UHGV virus genome: UHGV-0131581 | Length of the DNA: 21,583 bases | Direction: 5' to 3' (one strand) | Source of the DNA: a virus | Shown here: positions 1 to 6,724 of the stretch, piece after piece | How the letters are laid out: each line of letters opens with the position of its first letter | How positions within the stretch are numbered: position 1 is the stretch's first letter | Notes under the pieces: model-generated | The model's input: the letters and a program-made list of their open reading frames with translations, nothing else | Databases searched by the model: none | What the model was told of the DNA's origin: nothing | Program-made: the position numbers and the translations under genes

Positions 1-2
1 CG

Positions 3-131
3 CTGAAACTCTTTCTCAAGCATGGGCGGGTCAAGGTCGAGCTGGGTATTTGCCGAGGTAAGGCCCTGCACGACAAGCGAGATTCCCTGAAGAAGAAAGC
101 CATGCGCCGCGACCTTGAAAGGGGCGCCTGA
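3..131 (+). CDS. 3' end of an SmpB-like (tmRNA-binding protein) gene, 5'-truncated by the window edge
   Basis: Frame starting at nt 3 is open to TGA at 129-131 and translates ...[40 protein letters not shown]. The G-x-x-x-GK-x-x-HDKR-x-x-(L/I)K pattern and basic tail match the SmpB C-terminus as I recall it for E. coli (…[25 protein letters not shown]…). From memory only. Confidence 0.4.
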   Translation: MKLFLKHGRVKVELGICRGKALHDKRDSLKKKAMRRDLERGA

Positions 132-144
132 TTTATGGTATAAT
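115..144 (+). promoter_or_regulatory. sigma70-type promoter with extended -10 (TTGAAA, 18-nt spacer, TGgTATAAT)
   Basis: TTGAAA at 115-120 and TGGTATAAT at 136-144, overlapping the stop of the upstream ORF; a GGAG Shine-Dalgarno lies about 12 nt before ATG 183. Confidence 0.5.
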
Positions 145-182
145 GCCGAAACATATCCAATACAGAGGAGTAAGATAAGACT

Positions 183-1193
183 ATGTCGATGATGAAAGGT
201 TTCTCGAACGCGTTTCGGATTCCGGAGCTGCGAAAGAAAATTCTGATTACGCTCGGACTCGTGTTCGTGTGCCGCCTCGTGTCGCAGATTCCGACCCCAG
301 GCGTTGACTGGCGTGCCCTTCAGCAGGTGATTGAGACGGCGCGGCAGAATTCTGCCGGTGGCGGGTTGATTGACTGGCTTAGCGTCTTTACTGGTGGTGC
401 TCTCGGGCAGTGCGCAATTGGCTTTCTGTCCATCTGGCCTTACATCTCGGCGCAGATCGTGATTCAGCTTCTTTCGTCTGTCATTCCGTCGCTTCAGAAG
501 TTGAAGAAGGATGGTGAATCTGGACGCCAGCAGCTTGCGCAGATTACACGTTATCTGACGATTGTGCTCTGCGTGGTTCAGTCGTGGGGCATTGCGACGA
601 TGCTCAGCCATCCGGGAGCTCTCGGTCAGGCCTTTGCGGGTGTGAATCTTGTCGTCAATCCTGGGCTTGGGTTCCATCTGATGACGGTCATTGGTATGAC
701 GTCTGCCGCGCTTTTTGTCATGTGGCTTGCTGATCAGATTACGACGTTTGGCGTTGGTAATGGTGCGTCTCTGATTATTATGGTTAACATCACGTCGCGC
801 CTTCCGGACGCATTGATTAGTGCCTGGGAACGTTACTTTGGTTTGGCCGGTGTTCAAGCCTCGGCTCCCATTGCTGAATTGCCCGTGCTGATTGGGTTCT
901 TCCTGCTCGTTGTAATGGGTACGGTGATGCTGACTCAGGGTGTGCGCACAATTGGATTATCGCTCCCGGATTGTTTATTGCTGAAGGCCACAAGGATAAC
1001 GTGCCTGGTAGTCGGTTTTGCTGTGAATGCGGTGCGCGTGAGTGGGACGTTCAGAAATGACCAGCATCTTATTTATCTGGGTATTGTCCGCAGGCCAGAT
1101 GCAACTAGCGGCATCAGAAACGTTTTACTCGATGGAGGCGTGCCAGTCAGCGGCACGCGCCGCGGAGAACGCACACTTCCTGTTTCAGGGTGA
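183..1193 (+). CDS. SecY-like translocon homolog; SecY homology covers about the first 255 residues (nt 183-950), C-terminal ~80 residues unrelated (truncated, fused or decayed)
   Basis: Translation carries SecY signature blocks: FTGGALGQCAIGFLSIWPYISAQIVIQLL, KKDGESGRQQLAQITRY, VMWLADQITTFGVGNGASLII (E. coli SecY: [67 protein letters not shown]). After about LTQGVR no frame shows convincing SecY similarity. ORF is 336 aa versus about 440 for SecY. Confidence 0.6.
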   Translation: MSMMKGFSNAFRIPELRKKILITLGLVFVCRLVSQIPTPGVDWRALQQVIETARQNSAGGGLIDWLSVFTGGALGQCAIGFLSIWPYISAQIVIQLLSSVIPSLQKLKKDGESGRQQLAQITRYLTIVLCVVQSWGIATMLSHPGALGQAFAGVNLVVNPGLGFHLMTVIGMTSAALFVMWLADQITTFGVGNGASLIIMVNITSRLPDALISAWERYFGLAGVQASAPIAELPVLIGFFLLVVMGTVMLTQGVRTIGLSLPDCLLLKATRITCLVVGFAVNAVRVSGTFRNDQHLIYLGIVRRPDATSGIRNVLLDGGVPVSGTRRGERTLPVSG

Positions 1194-1260
1194 CAAGCCC
1201 AACGATTCGGAGGTACGCGCTATCTGCTCACCTAAGCGACTTGGTAAACAGGAGAAGTGA
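1057..1260 (+). CDS. Small protein with N-terminal hydrophobic segment, overprinted on the 3' end of the SecY-like ORF
   Basis: ATG 1057 in the +1 frame relative to the SecY-like ORF; MTSILFIWVLSAGQMQLAAS looks like a signal or TM segment; stop TGA 1258-1260 abuts the next gene's RBS. No strong RBS; could be spurious. Confidence 0.3.
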   Translation: MTSILFIWVLSAGQMQLAASETFYSMEACQSAARAAENAHFLFQGDKPNDSEVRAICSPKRLGKQEK

Positions 1261-1262
1261 TT

Positions 1263-1442
1263 ATGGTACAGAGATACTTATTCCAGGGTGGTTTTGTAAC
1301 CCCGTGTGATGAAGGACACTGGGTCTTATATAACGATTATGTGAAACTAGAAGCCGAGTTACAGAAATACAAAGACCAGTTCCCGGATTACGTCGAGTGC
1401 GCGAACTGCGGATCAATTACACATGTGGAAGGGGTGGAGTGA
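1263..1442 (+). CDS. Small Cys-containing hypothetical protein (59 aa, possible zinc-ribbon)
   Basis: ATG 1263 preceded by AGGAGAAG (1250-1257); Cys at PCDEGH and CANCG; stop overlaps the next start (TGATG). Confidence 0.5.
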   Translation: MVQRYLFQGGFVTPCDEGHWVLYNDYVKLEAELQKYKDQFPDYVECANCGSITHVEGVE

Positions 1443-1735
1443 TGTCTCTTGCAACTGACATCCTGGAACGAAGCGGCCTTGCGCCGCTGTCACCGAGAGC
1501 TAAAACACAGATATACAAGCGTCGCCGTAATGCGCTGTACCCTGAGATTCAGGCCAGGCGCAAAGCTGTCCGCGCCTGCGGATTCCAGAACGGTAAGGCC
1601 GTGAATCTCGGTGAGTTCAAAACACAGGAACGTGCGGCTATAGCTAATCGGCTATTTAATTACTGGAAATCGCTGGGATACGATGATATTCCAACGAAAC
1701 CGCAGAGACGACAATACATCTGGCGTCATAAATAA
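1442..1735 (+). CDS. Hypothetical basic protein (98 aa)
   Basis: ATG 1442 overlaps the upstream stop by 1 nt (translational coupling); Arg/Lys-rich. The track's longer ORF from 1397 is treated as an N-terminal over-extension. Confidence 0.5.
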   Translation: MSLATDILERSGLAPLSPRAKTQIYKRRRNALYPEIQARRKAVRACGFQNGKAVNLGEFKTQERAAIANRLFNYWKSLGYDDIPTKPQRRQYIWRHK

Positions 1736-1765
1736 ACCGTTATTAAGATAATTCCTAACCGTGCT

Positions 1766-1805
1766 ATCCTCCAGTTACTGCATACTTAATACGCACCTGG
1801 AGGAT
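1766..1805 (+). promoter_or_regulatory. Stem-loop sequestering the holin Shine-Dalgarno
   Basis: Perfect 9-bp inverted repeat ATCCTCCAG (1766-1774) / CTGGAGGAT (1797-1805) with a 22-nt loop; the 3' arm contains GGAGGA, the RBS for the TTG start at 1811. Confidence 0.5.
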
Positions 1806-1810
1806 TCATC

Positions 1811-2119
1811 TTGGATAAATTTACTGAAACAGTGACAGGCTGGCTTCTCGCCGCCGCGCTAGCCGGAGGGGTTATCGGACTACGACAACATAAGTCTGTT
1901 ATTTCCGGCCCTATCGACGGATTCTGCTTTATCGCAACTGGCTTCACCTGCGCCGTATTTGGTGCACCTCTCGCAGCTCAATGGTTTGGCATCACGGGCG
2001 ACCGTGAAATCGCTGGCCTGGGCTTTATCATCGCTGTTCTCTGGATGCCTATCTATTCCCGTCTCTCCAGTATCGTTGCCGGAGAATACATCGCACGTCG
2101 AGGAGGCACAGATGAATGA
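1811..2119 (+). CDS. Holin-like membrane protein (102 aa, TTG start)
   Basis: Small protein with hydrophobic helices (WLLAAALAGGVIGL, FCFIATGFTCAVFGAPLAA, GLGFIIAVLWMPIY) and charged C-terminus, immediately upstream of the endolysin; GGAGGA RBS 7 nt before TTG. Confidence 0.55.
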   Translation: MDKFTETVTGWLLAAALAGGVIGLRQHKSVISGPIDGFCFIATGFTCAVFGAPLAAQWFGITGDREIAGLGFIIAVLWMPIYSRLSSIVAGEYIARRGGTDE

Positions 2120-2384
2120 GTTATTCTGGTTCGGCGGTATGCTGGCCATCGGGGGCACATCGCTATTTAATGTATATCACCCCAGCGTTGACGACGGGTT
2201 ATTCGGTCGTGTGCTCTATATCCTGACCGCTATCGTCTGCGCTGCCGGATGTATCCACCTGTTACAGGGCAGCATGTCATCGACGCTGCCTGAAACATTA
2301 ATCACATTAGTTGCGCTGCGTCAGATTCGTCAGGCGTGGCTGTCATACGGAGGACATAAGCGTGTCTCGAAATATTTCAGATAA
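2112..2384 (+). CDS. Second holin/antiholin-like membrane protein (90 aa, 2 predicted TM)
   Basis: ATG 2112 preceded by AGGAGG (2101-2106); hydrophobic segments FWFGGMLAIGGTSLF and VLYILTAIVCAAGCIHLL; overlaps both neighbours. The track ORF from 1959 is treated as an over-extension. Confidence 0.5.
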   Translation: MNELFWFGGMLAIGGTSLFNVYHPSVDDGLFGRVLYILTAIVCAAGCIHLLQGSMSSTLPETLITLVALRQIRQAWLSYGGHKRVSKYFR

Positions 2385-2850
2385 TGGGTTGCATTTCACC
2401 GCTGCATTTGAGGGATTCCGTGGAACTGCGTATCGTGCTACACCGAGCGAGAAGTACCTGACTATTGGGTACGGTCATTACGGGCCGGACGTGACTCCAG
2501 GCAAGACCATCACCCAAGGACAAGGCCTCCTGTTACTGAACCGTGATATGGCTAAGGCCGTAGCTGCGGTTGATGCGGCAGCACACCATTCATTGACACA
2601 GGCGCAGTTCGACGCCGTGTGCGACCTGGTCTATAACGCAGGTGCGGGTGTTATCGCGGCTACTACCGGCACCGGTAAGGCACTGCGCTCCGGTGATACC
2701 GCGACGTTACGGACCAAGCTGTCGCTGTTCATTAACCAGAACGGTAAACCATTACTTGGTCTGCGTCGCCGTACCGCTGGTCGCCTGGCACTGTTTGGCG
2801 GTAAACCGTGGCAAGAGGCGGAGGCTATTGGGCGCGCGGTGAAAGGTTGA
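2362..2850 (+). CDS. Endolysin, glycoside hydrolase family 24 (T4/P22-type lysozyme)
   Basis: GLHFTAAFEGFRGTAYRATPSEKYLTIGYGHYG and QFDAVCDLVYNAGAG ... RRRTAGRLALF are typical GH24 lysozyme blocks. Probable GTG start at 2362 with GGAGGA at 2349-2354; track start 2311 is less likely. Confidence 0.85.
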   Translation: MSRNISDNGLHFTAAFEGFRGTAYRATPSEKYLTIGYGHYGPDVTPGKTITQGQGLLLLNRDMAKAVAAVDAAAHHSLTQAQFDAVCDLVYNAGAGVIAATTGTGKALRSGDTATLRTKLSLFINQNGKPLLGLRRRTAGRLALFGGKPWQEAEAIGRAVKG

Positions 2851-2914
2851 CACCTAAGACCAATCTGACGATACTTAAATCACCTCCTGTTCCATCCCTC
2901 TACTCTCCAGTTTT

Positions 2915-2948
2915 ATCCCGGCCCTGACCCAGCCGGGATTTTTTTTAT
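2915..2948 (+). terminator. Rho-independent terminator after the endolysin gene
   Basis: ATCCCGGC (2915-2922), 9-nt loop, GCCGGGAT (2932-2939), then T8. Confidence 0.7.
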
Positions 2949-2968
2949 CTATTTTCTGTAATGACTAG

Positions 2969-2997
2969 TTGACTATTACTCTTACACCAATTATATT
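2969..2997 (+). promoter_or_regulatory. sigma70-type promoter (TTGACT, 17-nt spacer, TATATT) driving the small-ORF cluster
   Basis: TTGACT at 2969-2974 and TATATT at 2992-2997. Confidence 0.55.
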
Positions 2998-3104
2998 TAC
3001 TTCATCGATAACGAGAACGGAGTAGAGAAGATGAGTAACTTCCATAACGAACATGTGATGCAGTTCTACCGCAATAATCTGAAAACTAAAGGAGTGTTTG
3101 GAAA

Positions 3105-3254
3105 ATGAAAATCACAGATATCGAGGCATTCGAAGACGCACAACTGATGGCACGTATTGCCGTTAGTAACCTGGGTGGAAACATTCCTGCGGAGTGGTTC
3201 TGGTCCGCAGCGATGAAGGCGCTTAAAGCAGCTTATGCAGGAGAGAAGAAATGA
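3105..3254 (+). CDS. Small hypothetical protein (49 aa)
   Basis: ATG 3105 preceded by AAAGGAG; translates [49 protein letters not shown]; stop overlaps next start (ATGA). Below the ORF-track length cutoff. A 25-codon ORF (3031-3108) upstream is also coupled by ATGA. Confidence 0.45.
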   Translation: MKITDIEAFEDAQLMARIAVSNLGGNIPAEWFWSAAMKALKAAYAGEKK

Positions 3255-3409
3255 GCGAACAAGGCCCAGCAAGCCAGCCATTACGTGTAGGCCTTAAAGT
3301 CAACCACACCCCGTTCCCGACACGCGAGGAACTAATGAAACGTAACAGTTTCCCGGGGCCGGACAAGAACAAGTATCTCAATCGCATGTGGGGAGAGCGT
3401 AAAGAATGA
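3251..3409 (+). CDS. Small hypothetical protein (52 aa)
   Basis: ATG 3251 overlapping the upstream stop; translates [52 protein letters not shown]; stop overlaps ATG 3406 (ATGA). Confidence 0.4.
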   Translation: MSEQGPASQPLRVGLKVNHTPFPTREELMKRNSFPGPDKNKYLNRMWGERKE

Positions 3410-3603
3410 CTGACCGTGAATACGAAAAGATGATGGTAGAGGCCGTTAACGGCGGCGTAGACATCGGTAACGTGATGCACGTCCTGAATACTAAAATCGC
3501 GGTAGCTGAACAAATGGTGGAGTCGCTTTACGAGACACGCCGTGAACTTATCAACCGCTTCAACCTGAACAAAGTCCCGGGCGATGGATATGAAAGCGCC
3601 TGA
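3406..3603 (+). CDS. Small hypothetical protein (65 aa)
   Basis: Track ORF; ATGA coupling with the upstream gene; same strand and spacing as the neighbouring small genes. Confidence 0.5.
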   Translation: MTDREYEKMMVEAVNGGVDIGNVMHVLNTKIAVAEQMVESLYETRRELINRFNLNKVPGDGYESA

Positions 3604-3772
3604 ACCAGTAGTTATCGATGGCGTCCTGTGGAAACCCTACTCGGTTAACCACATCGACGCCGACGGAAAGAGGTTCAGCTTCTACATTTTTGCAATTAGC
3701 CGTGAGCACGCCGCCTGTGTGGTCGACGATATACGAGAAACGGCGTGGCTTGGTGACGAGATAGTGGGGTGA
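3584..3772 (+). CDS. Small hypothetical protein (62 aa)
   Basis: Track ORF overlapping the 3' end of the previous gene; part of the coupled small-gene run. Confidence 0.45.
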   Translation: MDMKAPEPVVIDGVLWKPYSVNHIDADGKRFSFYIFAISREHAACVVDDIRETAWLGDEIVG

Positions 3773-3776
3773 GAGT

Positions 3777-4058
3777 ATGGCACGTACTGTTTCCGCGAGA
3801 TTCACTGATATTGAATCCGCTATAGAAGAAGCCGTTTATTGTAGATTTTGCAACCCCTCCGCGGTACATAACTACGGAGTTATTGTTAAATATGGCAAGT
3901 TTGAGGTTAGAAGGGTGCGCGCCGACCGTCCATACGAGTTTTTATGGACAACAGAAAGCCTCATCCCGCGGTGCCACATTTACACAAGCGGTGTACATAC
4001 TATTTTTGTAGACCTTAACAAGAAAGATATTACCGTCACTAAAGGAGAGACAAATTGA
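3777..4058 (+). CDS. Small hypothetical protein (93 aa)
   Basis: Track ORF; GAGAG just upstream of ATG 3777; stop overlaps next start. Confidence 0.5.
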   Translation: MARTVSARFTDIESAIEEAVYCRFCNPSAVHNYGVIVKYGKFEVRRVRADRPYEFLWTTESLIPRCHIYTSGVHTIFVDLNKKDITVTKGETN

Positions 4059-4291
4059 TTACCAGCATCCCTAAACTGATTGAAAAGTACGGAAATATGT
4101 CGGAGACTTGCCGACAAACCGGTATCTGCGAGATGACGATTGCGAAGTACAGCAAAGACGTTGATTGCGAGCGCCACGTAATTTATAACAACCGTCTGAT
4201 GACGCACGTTAAGACAAGCCCGGTGTTATTCACGCGCCGGGGTATCACTAAAACTGAGCAACGCATTGCTAAAGAGGAGAGCAGGGAATGA
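4055..4291 (+). CDS. Small putative DNA-binding protein (78 aa, HTH-like segment)
   Basis: SETCRQTGICEMTIAKY resembles a helix-turn-helix recognition unit; coupled to both neighbours. Confidence 0.45.
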   Translation: MITSIPKLIEKYGNMSETCRQTGICEMTIAKYSKDVDCERHVIYNNRLMTHVKTSPVLFTRRGITKTEQRIAKEESRE

Positions 4292-4470
4292 TTGAGTTTT
4301 TGAAGGCACTTGATGCCGCGGGCAACCTGGTATTTTGGCTGGCCTTTTTCGTTGTGCTGATAAAACAACCGACTTTGTTTAACAGTCTTCCTGGCCATCT
4401 GTGGTGGCCTATGTTTTTAGGCATGGGGGTAACAGGAGTGGCAGGCGTCCTGTTGTGGTTTTTCAAATGA
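4288..4470 (+). CDS. Small membrane protein (60 aa, two hydrophobic helices)
   Basis: LVFWLAFFVVLI and WWPMFLGMGVTGVAGVLLWFF; GGAGAGCAGGGA upstream of ATG 4288. Confidence 0.5.
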   Translation: MIEFLKALDAAGNLVFWLAFFVVLIKQPTLFNSLPGHLWWPMFLGMGVTGVAGVLLWFFK

Positions 4471-4582
4471 GACTACTAATCATACCAAACGCCTGGGCTA
4501 TTGCCGTAGCTAACGACCACTACGGCGGCGATGGTAAAAGAGCACCTCGACACGGCCTATATAATTGATTGGAGAGCGAGAG

Positions 4583-4798
4583 ATGAAAGATATGGAACCC
4601 TTCAAGTGGAACCGCTCCGGAATACCACAACACGGCGAATACCCGGAACCGTATAAAAAGGTCGACGTGATAACAAGAAGCAAAGGACGAGATAAAAGTA
4701 TTAACTCCGGACAAGCGTACTGGAGCGGGTATAAGTGGCAGGGGCTTGATGGCTTTAAGATAGGATATTCCCGTGTAATACGCTGGATTGAATATTGA
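4583..4798 (+). CDS. Hypothetical protein (71 aa)
   Basis: ATG 4583 preceded by GGAGAG (4571-4576); the track's TTG 4565 start is treated as an over-extension. Confidence 0.45.
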   Translation: MKDMEPFKWNRSGIPQHGEYPEPYKKVDVITRSKGRDKSINSGQAYWSGYKWQGLDGFKIGYSRVIRWIEY

Positions 4799-4801
4799 TA
4801 C

Positions 4802-4825
4802 AAGCCCTCTACGGAGGGCTTTTCT
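4802..4825 (+). terminator. Rho-independent terminator
   Basis: AAGCCCTC (4802-4809), loop TACG, GAGGGCTT (4814-4821), then TTCT. Confidence 0.65.
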
Positions 4826-4879
4826 GTACATCCCGCCCAATCCCCTTATATAATCCATTTAGACGCGTAGGGCGCGTCT
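4825..4879 (+). promoter_or_regulatory. Promoter-like element (TGTACA, 18 nt, TATAAT at 4849-4854) followed by a perfect 7-bp hairpin (4861-4879) upstream of the terminase small subunit gene
   Basis: -10 TATAAT read directly; AGACGCG-TAGGG-CGCGTCT palindrome at 4861-4879. Confidence 0.4.
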
Positions 4880-4919
4880 GGTGCGCTCTGATGGTCAGAC
4901 GCATATGCAAGGGGATTCT

Positions 4920-5465
4920 ATGAAGCTGAAACTTAAGCAGCCATCTCCAGAGGTGGTGCAAGCTGCACATGAAGAAGCTGTTAGCGCAAACCGTCGCCGT
5001 AAACGGCCACGCGGTAAACAGAGCCTTTATCAATCATCCCGTAATTCCGCTGCGTTGTGGGACCCGGACTATTGTGACGAATTGATTCGTTTCTTCGACC
5101 GCACGTCATGGGAACTTGTGCCTACGTCTAAGGGCGACGAACGCCCGCTGATTCAGGATAAGCCACCGTCACTGGCCCGCTTCGCCTTACATATCGGCGT
5201 CACTATCCCGATTATCAAGCTGTGGCTGCGCGAGATTCCCGCATTTGCAGAAGCCTATGAAACGGCGCAGGCACTGGAAGAGGCATACTTCACTGAGACA
5301 GGCGCGGTGGGCATATCCGCTACGTTTGCCGCTGCGAAGCTAGGTCTTGGCAAAGAGAAACCGGTTGAATCCACCGAAGAAACAGCACCGACTGAGATTA
5401 TTTTCAGTGTCGCAGAGCCTGTAGGTAAAATCGTAACAACGAACATGGGCGAGGTAGAGGAATGA
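4920..5465 (+). CDS. Terminase small subunit (putative)
   Basis: Immediately upstream of and ATGA-coupled to the large terminase gene; basic N-terminus and HTH-like PSLARFALHIGVTIPIIKLWLREIPAFAEAYE; AAGGGGA RBS before ATG 4920. Track GTG start 4881 is possible but less likely. Confidence 0.5.
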   Translation: MKLKLKQPSPEVVQAAHEEAVSANRRRKRPRGKQSLYQSSRNSAALWDPDYCDELIRFFDRTSWELVPTSKGDERPLIQDKPPSLARFALHIGVTIPIIKLWLREIPAFAEAYETAQALEEAYFTETGAVGISATFAAAKLGLGKEKPVESTEETAPTEIIFSVAEPVGKIVTTNMGEVEE

Positions 5466-6712
5466 GTATTCAGCTATCCGCCCCGCAGGCACTGTTCCTG
5501 AATTGCGATAACAAATACAAGGCCTATGTCGGTGGCTTCGGCAGCGGCAAGACATTTGTTGGCTGTCTGGACCTGCTTACGTTTATGCTCAAGCACCCCG
5601 GTACGCGCCTGGGCTACTTCGGCCCGACCTATCCAGCTATCCGCGACATCTTCTACCCGACATTCGAGGAGGCGGCGAACCTGCTCGGGCTCGATGTGCT
5701 GGTTAAATCCGGCGACAAAGAAGTCGTGGTTACTCGTGGTAAGACGGTGCTCGGTACGGTTATCTGCCGTTCGATGGATAACCCAGGTTCTATCGTTGGT
5801 TTCAAAATCGCGGCTGCGGTCGTGGATGAACTCGATGTATTGAGTCGTGAGAAAGCTGAGCTGGCATGGAACAAAATTGTTGCCCGTATGCGTCTTGTTA
5901 TTCCTGGCGTAACTAACCACATCTCTGTAACCACGACGCCGGAAGGGTTCAAGTTCGTCTTTGCCAAGTTCAAAGATAACCCGACACCGAGTTACTCAAT
6001 GGTGCAGGCTTCAACACACGAGAATGCGCGATTCCTGCCGCCGGATTACATTAGCTCGCTGACAGAGACTTACCCGGCGCAACTGATTAACGCGTATCTG
6101 AATGGTGAGTTCGTCAACCTGACCTCCGGCAGCGTGTATTACGCATACGACCGCCACAAACATCGCAGCAAAGAGACAATTCAACCGGGCGACACGCTGT
6201 ACATCGGCCAGGACTTCAACGTTACTAAGAACGCCAGCGCCGTATATGTGCAACGTAAAGACGGCTGGCACGCGGTGGCAGAACTGAAAGGACTGTTCGA
6301 TACGCCAGATACTGTGCGCGTAATTACCGAGAAGTGGAAGTCGCAAGGCCACCGCATCGTCGTTTATCCCGACGCCAGCGGCAAGAACCGCAAAACCAAC
6401 TCGGCATCAATCTCCGATATTGCATTACTCCAGCAGGCCGGCTTCGATGTTCGCGCTAAATCCGCCAACCCCCCGGTTAAAGACCGTGTTTTAGCCGTGA
6501 ATACCGCACTGGAAAAAGGTAAGCTGTGGGTTAACGACCACTTATGCCCTGAGATAGCTAAGACGCTGGAGCAGCAGGCATACGACGATAACGGGGAGCC
6601 ATCCAAAGATGGCATCATCGACCATATGGCGGATGCTCTCGGCTATCCTGTAGTTTACGAGATGCCAGTGGTCAAACCAGTAATCAACATCCCGGTGACT
6701 TTCGCACTTTAA
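5462..6712 (+). CDS. Terminase large subunit
   Basis: Walker A-type motif VGGFGSGKTF near the N-terminus; 416 aa; positioned directly before the portal gene. Confidence 0.85.
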   Translation: MSIQLSAPQALFLNCDNKYKAYVGGFGSGKTFVGCLDLLTFMLKHPGTRLGYFGPTYPAIRDIFYPTFEEAANLLGLDVLVKSGDKEVVVTRGKTVLGTVICRSMDNPGSIVGFKIAAAVVDELDVLSREKAELAWNKIVARMRLVIPGVTNHISVTTTPEGFKFVFAKFKDNPTPSYSMVQASTHENARFLPPDYISSLTETYPAQLINAYLNGEFVNLTSGSVYYAYDRHKHRSKETIQPGDTLYIGQDFNVTKNASAVYVQRKDGWHAVAELKGLFDTPDTVRVITEKWKSQGHRIVVYPDASGKNRKTNSASISDIALLQQAGFDVRAKSANPPVKDRVLAVNTALEKGKLWVNDHLCPEIAKTLEQQAYDDNGEPSKDGIIDHMADALGYPVVYEMPVVKPVINIPVTFAL

Positions 6713-6724
6713 GAGGATTATTCA

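Noticed and set aside
183-1193. Reading the first ORF as a full-length, functional SecY
   Set aside because: It is about 100 residues short and the last ~80 residues do not resemble the SecY C-terminal half in any frame, so only the N-terminal homology is asserted.
5474-5973. Minus-strand ORFs of 148 and 106 aa
   Set aside because: Both are antisense to the large terminase gene, whose Walker A motif makes the plus-strand call secure.
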